The notes under the pieces: generated by a model
Database searches by the model: none
Seen by the model: only the letters and a program-made list of their open reading frames with translations
Told to the model about the DNA's origin: nothing
Shown: positions 1-8,776 of the stretch, one piece after another
Layout: each line of letters opens with the position of its first letter
How positions within the stretch are numbered: the first letter of the stretch is position 1
Made by a program: the position numbers and the translations under genes
Source of the DNA: Gemmatimonadota bacterium
GTDB lineage: Bacteria > Gemmatimonadota > Gemmatimonadetes > Longimicrobiales > RSA9
DNA: 26,378 nt
Direction: 5' to 3'
Assembly: GCA_040905425.1 (NCBI GenBank)
Contig: JBBDRO010000037.1
Location: 3,481-29,858 of the forward strand

Positions 1-43
1 CCCCCCCCCCCCCTCTGTGCGTGCGGCATCCCGGCGGGGTGCG

Positions 44-1759
44 CTAGCGCCCGCGGTCGGGGCCCCGCGATGGGGCGCCGCGCGACGGGCCTCCGCGCGT
101 GGGACCGCTGCGACCGGGGCCGCCCCTGGATGGACCACCGCTGGGTGGGCCGCCACGAGGTGGGCCGCCCGCGCCGCGCGGCGGGCCGGCGGCGCCGCGC
201 GGGGGTCCGCCCGGCGCCTCGTGCCCTCGCGGTCCGCCCCCCTTGCGATCGTAATCCACACGCACCGCACGGCCGCGCAGGCTACGGCCGTTCAAGGCGC
301 GGATGACCTCGTCCGCGGCGCCGCCCGGCACCTCCACCACGGAGAAGGTGTCGCGGATGTCGATCCGGCCCACCCGATCCCCGCTCAGGCTCGTCTCGCC
401 GGCAATGGCACCCACCAGGTCGGCGGGGCGCAGGCCGTCCTTGGAGCCGGCGCTGAGGAAGAGCCGCACGAACGGCTCGGGGCCGGGCGGCGTGGGTGCG
501 GAGGGGGCGCGCTTGCGCGGCTGGGCGCCACGGCTCGCCGTCCTCTGCGCCTCCGCCGCGGGCGCCTCGCTGCGCAGCAGGGCGCTCAGCGCCGCGGCCA
601 CCTCCGGCGCCGAGGCCTCGCGGAAGAGCGGCTCGAGCACCAGCAGGTGGGCCTCCAGGTCCGCTTCGGCCAGGGCGCCGCGCACGCGATCCCGGAAGGT
701 GGCCAGTTCGTCGCGGGCGGAGGGCGGTGTCTCCACCGCCTCCAGCGTGAGGCCCGCCGCGGCTGCTATGCGCCGCAGGTGCGTCAGCTCGGCCGGCGTA
801 GCGAAGACCACGCCGCCACTGCCGGCCACGGCCACGAGCGCCTCCTCGTCGGCGGGCACGTCGTAGGCCAGGATGGGCTGGCCGTCCTCGACCGCGTCCA
901 CCGCCAGCACGCGCACCGCCACGGTGTCCGGATCGAAGCCACGCAGCGCCAGCCGCTCCGTCAACGCCGCCGCGCGCGGCGCCGAACGGGCGCTCACCAC
1001 CGGCCGCTCGCCCAGTCGGTTGCCGAGCAGCCGCGCGAGCGATTCTTCCTTGCCCTCGCCCGGCACCGCCACGTACGCCACGCCGCCTCGTGCGGGCGGC
1101 ACGGCCGCCTCACGCGGATCGGCCGGCCGATGGGGAACGTGCATGGCCTTCTTGACGTGCGCCTCGGCCAGGCGCTCGACCTCGTCGGTCAGCACGCCGC
1201 TCACCAGGACGCGCTGCGCCTCCTTCGGCACGGCAAAGAGCAACGGCTCGAGCGCCTCGCGCCCGGCCAGGCTGAGGACCGCCGACGCGCCCTCCAGCAC
1301 GAACGCCATGAGCCCGTCCAGCTTGAGCTGGGAGCGCTCCAGCGCGCGCAGCGCCGCGCCGGCCGAGGCCACCAGCACGTGGGCGGGGGCGGCGCGGTTC
1401 CAGCCGGGGCCCAACGCCCGCGCCCGCAGACCACTGCCGGCGCCCAGGCGCGCGAACGTGGCCGCCACCTCCGCGGCGCGCTCGGCGGTGGGAACCACGA
1501 CGAGCACCGCGGGGCCCTCGCCGCTGGACGCCGGGACGTCGCTTGAATCCGGCTTTTCCTCCGCCACACGGTCCAGGAGCGCTAGCGCGCAGGCGGCCGT
1601 CACGCCTGAACCGGTGGAGGCGTGGATGACCGCGTTGCTGCCGCGCCTGAGCACCGGGATGGCGCTGGCCTGAATGGCGGTGGGACGCTCGAGCCCCGCG
1701 CGCGCGGCGGCCTGCACCAGCTCCGTGCGGAGACCCAGCTCCGCGAAGGTGTCGGCCAC
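44..1759 (-). CDS. DeaD/CsdA-like DEAD-box RNA helicase homolog with degenerate ATPase motifs, C-terminal DbpA-type RNA-binding domain and RG-rich tail
   Basis: Q motif (FAELGL...PTAIQASAIP) and motif Ia (VVPTAERA) are present. Motif I reads ASTGSGVT, motif II VLEGAS and motif III SGV. DbpA-type RBD: RLFLSAGSKDGLRPADLVGAIAGETSLSGDRVGRIDIRDTFSVVEV. The GTG start overlaps the upstream TAG (TAGTG). Confidence 0.85.
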   Translation of the reverse strand: MADTFAELGLRTELVQAAARAGLERPTAIQASAIPVLRRGSNAVIHASTGSGVTAACALALLDRVAEEKPDSSDVPASSGEGPAVLVVVPTAERAAEVAATFARLGAGSGLRARALGPGWNRAAPAHVLVASAGAALRALERSQLKLDGLMAFVLEGASAVLSLAGREALEPLLFAVPKEAQRVLVSGVLTDEVERLAEAHVKKAMHVPHRPADPREAAVPPARGGVAYVAVPGEGKEESLARLLGNRLGERPVVSARSAPRAAALTERLALRGFDPDTVAVRVLAVDAVEDGQPILAYDVPADEEALVAVAGSGGVVFATPAELTHLRRIAAAAGLTLEAVETPPSARDELATFRDRVRGALAEADLEAHLLVLEPLFREASAPEVAAALSALLRSEAPAAEAQRTASRGAQPRKRAPSAPTPPGPEPFVRLFLSAGSKDGLRPADLVGAIAGETSLSGDRVGRIDIRDTFSVVEVPGGAADEVIRALNGRSLRGRAVRVDYDRKGGGPRGHEAPGGPPRGAAGPPRGAGGPPRGGPPSGGPSRGGPGRSGPTRGGPSRGAPSRGPDRGR

Positions 1760-2079
1760 TAGCGCTCCACGGGGAGCGCGCCGGGCAGCCCTTCACGGTG
1801 GCCCAGCGGATCACCCGGCTGGTAGGGCAGCAGCGTCATGAAGTATTGCACGTCCAGGTCGAGGCGCGAGGTGCGCAGCTGGTCCGTATCGGCCACTACC
1901 TGCGTCTCCAGCCCGTGCGCGTGCAGCTCGAAGCGCACCGTGCCATCACCACCGGTCAGCTCCAGCGAGTGGCGGTCGCCAGCCACCTTCTCCATCGGCA
2001 GGCGCGCCGTGAGGATCTCCTCCGCCTTGCTCAGGATCTCCCGCGCAGGCGCCGCCGTCATCCGCTCGTACTTGCCCAT
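1759..2079 (-). CDS. hypothetical protein, 106 aa (MGKYERMTAAPAREIL...PGALPVER)
   Basis: C-terminal part of ORF 1759..2694. ATG at 2079 is preceded by GAGGA at 8 nt spacing. Composition is globular-like, it fills the gap between flanking genes, and its stop overlaps the helicase start. Confidence 0.75.
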   Translation of the reverse strand: MGKYERMTAAPAREILSKAEEILTARLPMEKVAGDRHSLELTGGDGTVRFELHAHGLETQVVADTDQLRTSRLDLDVQYFMTLLPYQPGDPLGHREGLPGALPVER

Positions 2080-2126
2080 TCGTCCCATCCTCTGCTGATG
2101 CCGCCGGCGCACCTCGCCGACATGGC

Positions 2127-2732
2127 CTATCCCCTCACGTGGTCGGCTACCCAGCCACGCAGTGTGTCCGGCTCGTGCAGCCCCGAGAGCAGCGCGCTCC
2201 CCAGGCGGTAGGCGGGCACGGCGCGTATGCCCGCCGCCGCGGCCGCGTTCGCGGCCTCGCGCACCTCCTCCGTGCGCGCGTCCACGTCCAGCGCAACGCG
2301 CAGCTCCAGCGCGTCCAGCCCCACGGCGGCGCCAATGTCCGCCAGCACGTCGATGCGGCCGATGTCCAGACCCTCCACCCAGTACGCCCGGAAGAGCGCG
2401 TGGTGCATGGCCTCGAAGGCGCCCACCTCGCGCGCGTGAGCGGCGGCCTCGTGCGCCTTCCGCGTGCGACTGGCGGTGCCATTCCAGCGCACCGCCACGC
2501 CCAGTTGCTCGGCCCAGGGCACCACGCTCTGCTCGAAGGCCGGCCGGTAGTAGCCGCCCTCCAGATCGGGGAGCGGCACCCCCGGTGGCCGGAGTTCGAA
2601 CGGCCTGCGCTCCACCGGCACGCCCAGGCTCCCCTCCACCTGGCGCAGCGCCGCCTCCCCGAGGTAGCAGAAGGGACAGGTGTAATCGCCCCATACTTCA
2701 AGCGACGTCCCCGCTCCACCTGCTTCGCCCAC
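2127..2732 (-). CDS. DsbA/FrnE-family thiol-disulfide oxidoreductase (cytoplasmic, no signal peptide)
   Basis: WGDYTCPFCYLG (CxxC), RPFELRP and GIRAVP (cis-Pro loop) motifs, with GGAGG RBS before the GTG. Confidence 0.9.
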   Translation of the reverse strand: MGEAGGAGTSLEVWGDYTCPFCYLGEAALRQVEGSLGVPVERRPFELRPPGVPLPDLEGGYYRPAFEQSVVPWAEQLGVAVRWNGTASRTRKAHEAAAHAREVGAFEAMHHALFRAYWVEGLDIGRIDVLADIGAAVGLDALELRVALDVDARTEEVREAANAAAAAGIRAVPAYRLGSALLSGLHEPDTLRGWVADHVRG

Positions 2733-2811
2733 GCTCCTCCTCGACTGCCCGCGTCACGCACGCGCGGGGGGCGTAATCTCGCCGCGCTCCACCCCGGGAG
2801 CAACCGTCCGC

Positions 2812-2828
2812 CGCAAGGCCGGTTCCAC
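2812..2828 (-). promoter_or_regulatory. putative sigma54 (-24/-12) promoter for the dsbA-like operon
   Basis: Minus strand TGGAACCGGCCTTGC = GG-N10-GC, close to TGGCAC-N5-TTGC, about 80 nt upstream of the start. Confidence 0.55.
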
Positions 2829-2907
2829 ACCGTGGCGCTTGTGGGGCACCACCCCGGCCGGTCATATTGCCAACTCCTGCGCACCCGCTCCCGGGAGAGA
2901 CGATTTC

Positions 2908-4110
2908 ATGGAGGTCGGTCCAAACGTCCGCGAGTTGCAGCCCTCCGCCACCATGGCGGTCTCGGCGCTGGCCAAGGCGCTGAGGGCACAGGGTCGTGAC
3001 ATCATCGATCTGGGTGCCGGCGAGCCCGACTTCCGCACGCCCGACTTCGCGGCCCAGGCCGGGATTGCCTCCATCGTCCAGGGGTTCACCCACTACACGC
3101 CGCCCGCCGGGCTGCCGCGCCTGCGGGAGGCGATCGCGGGCCAGCTGGCGGCGCGCAGCCAGCGTCCGGTGGAAGCGGCGGGCGTGGTTGTCTCCACGGG
3201 CGCCAAGCAGGCGCTGTTCAACGCCATCTTCGCGCTCTTCGGCCCCGGTGACGAGGTGCTCGTTCCCGGGCCCTACTGGACCAGCTATCCGGAGCAGGTG
3301 AAGCTGGCGCGCGCCACCCCGGTGGTGGTGCCCACCACGCTGGCGGACCACTTCAAGGTCACCCCGGACCACCTGGAGGGCGCGGCCACGGAGCGCACGC
3401 GCGGGCTGCTGCTCAACTCCCCCTCCAATCCCACGGGCGCCGTCTACGAACGCGCCGAGCTGGAGGCGGTACTGCGCTGGGCCGCCGGGCGGGGCATCTG
3501 GGTCATCAGTGACGAGATCTACGGCCGCCTGGTCTACGATATGGAGACCGCGCCCAGCGTACTGGACTTCGAGGACGGCCTCCTGGAGCGCGTGGTGCTG
3601 GTCGATGGCGCCTCGAAGGCGTTTGCCATGACGGGCTGGCGCGTGGGCTTCTCCTACTGTGCGCCGGCGCTGGCCGCCACGTTCAGTGCGCTGCAGAGCC
3701 ACGTCACCTCCGGCGCGGCCACCGCGTCCCAGTACGCAGCCGTAGCGGCCTACAGTGATGAGCCCCGTGTGGCCCACGCGCTGCACGCCATGGTGGAGGT
3801 ATTCCGCCGCCGCCGCGACCGCGTGGTGGACCAATTCGAACGGCTGCTCCCGGAGGCCGCGTTCAGCAAGCCGGCGGGCGCGTTCTACCACTTCTTCCGC
3901 ATCGCGCCGTACTTCGCGGAAGGGCGGACCGGCTCGGTGGCCTTCTGCCGGTGGCTGATCGAGACATCGGGGCTGGCCGTGGTCCCCGGGGAAGCGTTCG
4001 GCATGGACGATTACGCCCGGCTTTCCTTTGCGGCCGCGGACGAGGACATCAACGAGGGCATCCGCCGCCTGGCAGCGGCCGTGAGCCCGGACCAGGCCAT
4101 CAGCCGCTGA
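2908..4110 (+). CDS. PLP-dependent aminotransferase class I/II (aspartate aminotransferase-like)
   Basis: DLGAGEPDF, NSPSNPTG, SDEIY and SKAFAMTGWRVG (PLP lysine) motifs. ATG at 2908 follows GGAGAG. Confidence 0.95.
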   Translation: MEVGPNVRELQPSATMAVSALAKALRAQGRDIIDLGAGEPDFRTPDFAAQAGIASIVQGFTHYTPPAGLPRLREAIAGQLAARSQRPVEAAGVVVSTGAKQALFNAIFALFGPGDEVLVPGPYWTSYPEQVKLARATPVVVPTTLADHFKVTPDHLEGAATERTRGLLLNSPSNPTGAVYERAELEAVLRWAAGRGIWVISDEIYGRLVYDMETAPSVLDFEDGLLERVVLVDGASKAFAMTGWRVGFSYCAPALAATFSALQSHVTSGAATASQYAAVAAYSDEPRVAHALHAMVEVFRRRRDRVVDQFERLLPEAAFSKPAGAFYHFFRIAPYFAEGRTGSVAFCRWLIETSGLAVVPGEAFGMDDYARLSFAAADEDINEGIRRLAAAVSPDQAISR

Positions 4111-4171
4111 AAGCCAGGCGGGCCGCCGCACAGCCGGTCCGCCAACGCACCACACCGCTCGGAGAACCGCC

Positions 4172-5896
4172 ATGCCGCGCATCACGACGCTGGTCCTGCT
4201 TGCCGTGTGCCTGGGCGCGCCCGCCGCGCTCGCCGCCCAGGACGCCGACCTCATCGTCACCGCTGATCGTGTCTGGACGGGCAATCCCGCCGCGCCCTGG
4301 GCGGAAGCCGTTGCGGTGCGGGGGGAGCGCATCCTGGCCGTGGGCACGCGCGCCGACGTGATGGCGCACCGGGCCGCGCACACCACGCTCGTGGAGCAGC
4401 CCGGCCGCTTCATGACGCCCGGCTTCATCGACAACCACACGCACTTCGCCAGCGCCGGCGCGCTCCTCCTGGGCGTGAACCTGCTGGACGTGGCGGACGA
4501 GGCGGGCCTGGTGCAGCGGGTCCGGGAGGCCCGCGACCGCATGCCCCCCGGCGCCTGGCTGACCGGCGGTGACTGGGGCGCCTACGAGCAGTGGGCCATG
4601 AATGATGCGGGCGCGGGCGCCGCCGCTGCCCGCGAGCCGTTCAGCCCCCACCGCGCCATGATCGACTCTCTTACACCGACCACGCCGGTGCTCATCAACA
4701 AGTGGGACCGGAGCGCCTACCTGGCCAACGGCCGCGCGCTCGAGCTGGCCGGCGCCGACTGCACCTGGGACGGTGTGGAATGCGCGGACGGTGTCCCCAC
4801 GGGCCGCCTGAGCGCGCAGGCCGCGGCCCGCGTCCGCCGCGCCATGCCGCCCAAGCCGCTGGAGCTCCGCCTGGCGGAAGGGCGCACGGCGCTCGCGCAT
4901 CTGGCCGAACTGGGCGTGACCACCATCCACGACAACACGCCACCCGAGCAGCTGCACGTCTACCAGGAGCTGCTGGCTCGCGGCGAACTGACCACGCGCA
5001 TTTACGCCCGCCCCACGCTGGACAAATGGGAGCACCTGGCGGCCGTGGGGATCCGCCACGGGTTCGGCAACGAGTGGCTCAAGATCGGTGGCCTGAAGGG
5101 TTTCGTGGACGGCATCATGGGCAATTCATCGGCACGCTTCTACGAGCCGTACGCCACCACCGGCGTGCGGGGCAGCTGGCGGGACATGATGAGCCCGCCG
5201 GGCAACATGGAGCGCCTCATCCGGGGCGCCGACAGCACCGGGCACTGGCCGCAGATCCACGCCATCGGGGACGAGGCCATCGACACCATCCTGGACATGA
5301 TGGCAGCTTCCATGGCCGCGAACGGTCCGCGCGACCGTCGCTTCCGCATGATTCACACGCAGGTGATCCGCAGTGCCGCCGTGGCCGAGCGCATGGCGCG
5401 CATGGGCATCATTGCCGAGGTGCAGCCCTACCACGCCATCGACGACATGCGCTGGATGGAGGAGCGCATCGGCGAGCGGGCGCGCTGGGCCTACGCCTTC
5501 CGCACCCTGGACGAGGCCGGCGTCACCCTCTCCTTCGGCAGTGACTGGCCCGGCACCAACGCCTCCTGGTACACGGCGGACCCGTTCCACGGCATGTACG
5601 CCGCGGTGACGCGCCAGACGCTGGAGGGGGAGCCCGCCGGCGGCTGGTTCCCCGAGGAGCGCGTGGATCTGGAGACCGCGCTGCGGGCGTACACGGTCAA
5701 CAACGCGTGGGTGGCCGGTGAGGAAGCGCTCAAGGGCTCGCTGGAACCCGGCAAGCTGGCGGACTTCGTGGTGGTGGACCGGGACCCGTTCAGCATCGAT
5801 CCGGCAGCGCTGAAGGACGTGCAGGTACAGATGACCGTGGTGGGCGGCAGGATCGTCCACCGGCTGGACGAAGCCGCCCAGCCACCCCGTCCCTGA
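4172..5896 (+). CDS. secreted metal-dependent amidohydrolase (Amidohydro_3/YtcJ-like)
   Basis: Signal peptide ending ALAAQ; PGFIDNHTH (HxH), KGFVDG, HAIGD, FGSDWP and GKLADFVV motifs. Confidence 0.92.
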   Translation: MPRITTLVLLAVCLGAPAALAAQDADLIVTADRVWTGNPAAPWAEAVAVRGERILAVGTRADVMAHRAAHTTLVEQPGRFMTPGFIDNHTHFASAGALLLGVNLLDVADEAGLVQRVREARDRMPPGAWLTGGDWGAYEQWAMNDAGAGAAAAREPFSPHRAMIDSLTPTTPVLINKWDRSAYLANGRALELAGADCTWDGVECADGVPTGRLSAQAAARVRRAMPPKPLELRLAEGRTALAHLAELGVTTIHDNTPPEQLHVYQELLARGELTTRIYARPTLDKWEHLAAVGIRHGFGNEWLKIGGLKGFVDGIMGNSSARFYEPYATTGVRGSWRDMMSPPGNMERLIRGADSTGHWPQIHAIGDEAIDTILDMMAASMAANGPRDRRFRMIHTQVIRSAAVAERMARMGIIAEVQPYHAIDDMRWMEERIGERARWAYAFRTLDEAGVTLSFGSDWPGTNASWYTADPFHGMYAAVTRQTLEGEPAGGWFPEERVDLETALRAYTVNNAWVAGEEALKGSLEPGKLADFVVVDRDPFSIDPAALKDVQVQMTVVGGRIVHRLDEAAQPPRP

Positions 5897-5910
5897 TGAA
5901 GGAGGACGCC

Positions 5911-6744
5911 GTGGAACCCGACCCGCAGGACCCCCTGGCCCGCCACGACGGCAGCGCGCTCACCCCTGCCGACGGCGACGCGCTGACTCCCCGTGAGGGA
6001 GAGCCGCTCGACCCCCTGGACGAGAGCTACACGCCGCCCGCCGAGGAGGCCTCCCTGTGGGAGGACTTCGTGGACATCTTCTTCTCACCCGCCCAGGTCT
6101 TCGCCCGCCGGCGCGACGCGCGCTGGGGCAAGCCCATGCTGGCGCTCATCGGGGCCAGCCTGCTCCTCTACGTGGCGCTCATCGGGCCGAACAGCCGGGT
6201 CATGATGGCCAGCATCGAGCAGGCCAATCCGGAGGCCGCCGCGCAGTTGGGCCAGGGCGGCATGGGCACCTTCATGATGATCGCCGGTGGACTGGCCGTG
6301 CCGGTGATGCTGCTGCTCACCGCAGCCTGGGCCGCCGTGCTGCTCATGGGACTGGGGCGGCTCGTGGACGTGCGTCCCAGCTTCCGGCAGGCAATGGTGA
6401 TTGCCACCTATGCCAGTTTCGTCTTCCTGGTGGCCCAGCTGGCCATGGGCATCATGGTGATCCTGCAGGGCTCCGGTCAGCTGAACGCCGTGCAGGATCT
6501 CTCCTTCGGGGCGCTACGCTTCGTGGCGGATCCCATGGCGCTTCCGGGGGCGGTGCTGCCGCTCGTCCAGCGCGTGGATCTCTTTGCCATCTGGCAGGCC
6601 GTGCTCTGGGGCGTGGGCGCGCGCGCCATGCTGGGCGCGTCCACCGGACAGGCGGCCGGGCTGGCCGGGCTCACCTGGGTGCTCTACGCGCTGCCGCAGG
6701 TGGCGCTGGGCGCCCTTACGGGTGGGCCGGCGGCAATGGGCTGA
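5911..6744 (+). CDS. Yip1-domain membrane protein
   Basis: DIFFSPAQVF N-terminal motif followed by about 5 hydrophobic helices. GTG 5911 has a GGAGG RBS. An alternative ATG at 5896 overlaps the upstream stop. Confidence 0.8.
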   Translation: MEPDPQDPLARHDGSALTPADGDALTPREGEPLDPLDESYTPPAEEASLWEDFVDIFFSPAQVFARRRDARWGKPMLALIGASLLLYVALIGPNSRVMMASIEQANPEAAAQLGQGGMGTFMMIAGGLAVPVMLLLTAAWAAVLLMGLGRLVDVRPSFRQAMVIATYASFVFLVAQLAMGIMVILQGSGQLNAVQDLSFGALRFVADPMALPGAVLPLVQRVDLFAIWQAVLWGVGARAMLGASTGQAAGLAGLTWVLYALPQVALGALTGGPAAMG

Positions 6745-6778
6745 GGAACCCGGGGCGGCCTGAACGGAGGTCGCGCGC

Positions 6779-7843
6779 TCACTGGCAGACCACCGAGGCG
6801 AGCAGCCAGCAGCGCGCCCAGGGTGAACTCTTCAGATGCTCGAAGAGGAGGAGCCCCATGCGCGCCTCGCCCTCCGCGGACGGGTTGACGCCGTCCTGTT
6901 CGAAGTGTTCGCGGCGCCAGATCAGGCCGTCATTGCGCGGGCGTGTCCCGTCAGCCCACCAGTAGGGCCCCCACGTGATCCATGGCGCCGCCTGATCGGG
7001 CGCCAGATCGCCCGCTTCCGGAATGACCACCGCGCCTTCCCGGCGCTGACGAAGCTGCGCCTCGATGGTCCACTTGACGGCGAACCCTGTCTCGTAGGCG
7101 GACGGCTCGCCCCTGGCGGAGAGGGTGCCGTAGCCGCCGAATACCCGGGAGGTGAGCCAGGCCACGCGCAGGTTAGGGAAGACGTCCTTGAGCGCGCGCA
7201 GCACCTCCGGCAGCCAGGCCAGCATGAGGCGCGCGTCGGCGTCTGTGGCCGGCAGGGTGCTCACGGGATGGGTCGTGGCAAGGTGCACCCATGCGGCCTG
7301 GATCTGCGCGGCGCTCAGCCCGTGGTCGGGTAGCAGGGTATTCTGCAGGAACCCGTAATAGGGCCCCGTGGCGCTGGTCCAGGCCTGAAAGGTACTGGTG
7401 TTGCGCGCGCCGTTCACGAAGCGGACGTGCGCATGGTCCACGTCATCGTCCGCGGCCACACGCGCCAGCAGCGTGCCCTCGCCGCACGGCGTGCCGGGCG
7501 TGATGTTGCACGCCACCTGCGCGGCCAGGGCGTCACCCACCACGAGCACGCCGATCCGTCCGTTCGCGGCCGCCTGCCCGCTGACGTCCAGCGGGCGGAT
7601 CGCGGATGCCAACTCCGTGCCCCGGGCGGCGTGGTCACTCGGCACGCTATTGGCGCCGCCGAGGAAGAGCCCGCCCTGGAACTGCTCCAGGTAGCGGTCG
7701 GCGCCCAGGTCGGTGAGGGGGATCAGGTTGGTGGGCTCCGTACCCGGCTCCAGCGGTCCGGGGCGCGGCCGGTCCTCACCGCAGCCGCCCACCCACGCGC
7801 CGTGGACGGCGAGCAGACCTACGACCCCGACCCGCGCCGCCAT
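6779..7843 (-). CDS. putative lipoprotein with SGNH-hydrolase-like fold (catalytic residues appear substituted)
   Basis: Hydrophobic N-terminus with VGGC lipobox-like site; block I-like VLVVGDAL, FVNGA, and block V-like DGVNP followed by a helix. ATG lies 38 nt downstream of the kinase stop. Confidence 0.65.
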   Translation of the reverse strand: MAARVGVVGLLAVHGAWVGGCGEDRPRPGPLEPGTEPTNLIPLTDLGADRYLEQFQGGLFLGGANSVPSDHAARGTELASAIRPLDVSGQAAANGRIGVLVVGDALAAQVACNITPGTPCGEGTLLARVAADDDVDHAHVRFVNGARNTSTFQAWTSATGPYYGFLQNTLLPDHGLSAAQIQAAWVHLATTHPVSTLPATDADARLMLAWLPEVLRALKDVFPNLRVAWLTSRVFGGYGTLSARGEPSAYETGFAVKWTIEAQLRQRREGAVVIPEAGDLAPDQAAPWITWGPYWWADGTRPRNDGLIWRREHFEQDGVNPSAEGEARMGLLLFEHLKSSPWARCWLLASVVCQ

Positions 7844-7881
7844 CCGGCGACCCGTTCGGCCGGCTGGAGCCCGCACCGGCC

Positions 7882-8754
7882 TCAAAACCCCGCCTGCCCG
7901 AGCGCCGCCCGCGTGCGCGCCACGTAGCCCCCTCCGAACAGGATCACATGCACCAGCAGATAGTAGAGCTGGTACACCGCCCGGCGTCGTGCCGCCCCCT
8001 CCAGGAGCGGCCAGGCCTCGGCATAGGCTGCCCAGAAGGGCTCCGGAAAACCGCCGAAGAGATCGGCCATGGCCAGGTCCACTTCCCGGTGCCCCCGGTA
8101 GACGGCGGGGTCCACCAGCGCCAGGCCGGCCGCGCAGGCGTGGGCGTTGCCGCTCCACAGGTCACCGTGCAGGAGTGAGGGGCCGTCCCGCACCGCGGCC
8201 GGACCCAGTAGGTCGGGAAGCGCGGCCAGCAGCGCGTGGCCGCGCCGCTCATCGGCGGCGCTGAGGTGGCCGGTGCGGCGGGCCCGCGCGAGCATGGGCG
8301 CCAGGCGCCGCTCCGCCCAGAAGCTCGGCCAGTCAGCGGCGGGTGCATTGGCCTGCGGGAGCGGGCCGATGAAGTTGTCCGTCTCCCAGCCCCACGCGCC
8401 ATCCGCGCTCCGATGCAGCGCGGCCAGCCCGCTACCGAACGCCGTCCAGGCCGCCGCATCGGCCGGGGCCGGCTCCAACCACTCGAGCAGCAGCCAGCGA
8501 TCCCCGTCCACCCCCAGCACGGTCGGTACCGGGACGGCGCCGGCCTGGCGCAGGGCGTTCAGCCCGTGGCCCTCCGCGGCGAACAGCCCGGCTGGCGTGT
8601 CTCCGGACGCCCACTTGAGAAAGCCCACCCGTCCGTCCTGCCCCTGCACGCGGGCCGCCGGCGAGATGCACCCGCCCCCGACCGGACGCGCGTCGAGCAC
8701 GGTGCCGCCGAGCAGGGGCGCAACTTCGGCCACCACCGCCGCCGGCACGCTCAT
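7882..8754 (-). CDS. fructosamine/ketosamine-3-kinase family protein
   Basis: GGGCIS, FLK, AEGHGL, NFIG, LLHGDLWSGN, DPAVYRGHREVDLAM and YQLYYLLVH motifs. Confidence 0.93.
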   Translation of the reverse strand: MSVPAAVVAEVAPLLGGTVLDARPVGGGCISPAARVQGQDGRVGFLKWASGDTPAGLFAAEGHGLNALRQAGAVPVPTVLGVDGDRWLLLEWLEPAPADAAAWTAFGSGLAALHRSADGAWGWETDNFIGPLPQANAPAADWPSFWAERRLAPMLARARRTGHLSAADERRGHALLAALPDLLGPAAVRDGPSLLHGDLWSGNAHACAAGLALVDPAVYRGHREVDLAMADLFGGFPEPFWAAYAEAWPLLEGAARRRAVYQLYYLLVHVILFGGGYVARTRAALGQAGF

Positions 8755-8776
8755 GGGGCTGGATCGAGCGGCGCCA

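Noticed and set aside
1..13. Poly-C run at the window start
   Set aside because: Truncated by the window edge and downstream of a stop codon. It could be a hairpin arm or low-complexity sequence, and there is no evidence for phase variation.
17..1546. Long antisense or alternate-frame ORFs (e.g. 17..1546, 2698..4542, 18872..20518, 24801..26015)
   Set aside because: Arg/Ala/Gly-rich shadow ORFs overlapping well-supported genes, expected in very GC-rich DNA.
5947..6015. Three 8-aa imperfect repeats (DGSALTP / DGDALTP / EGEPLDP) at the Yip1 N-terminus
   Set aside because: Ordinary low-complexity expansion in a disordered leader, with no functional signal.
7844..8158. Extended start of ORF 6779..8158, and similar extensions of 7882..8913, 12790..13419 and 13498..14346
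   Set aside because: These overlap neighbouring genes. Signal peptides, RBSs or family N-termini point to the downstream ATGs.
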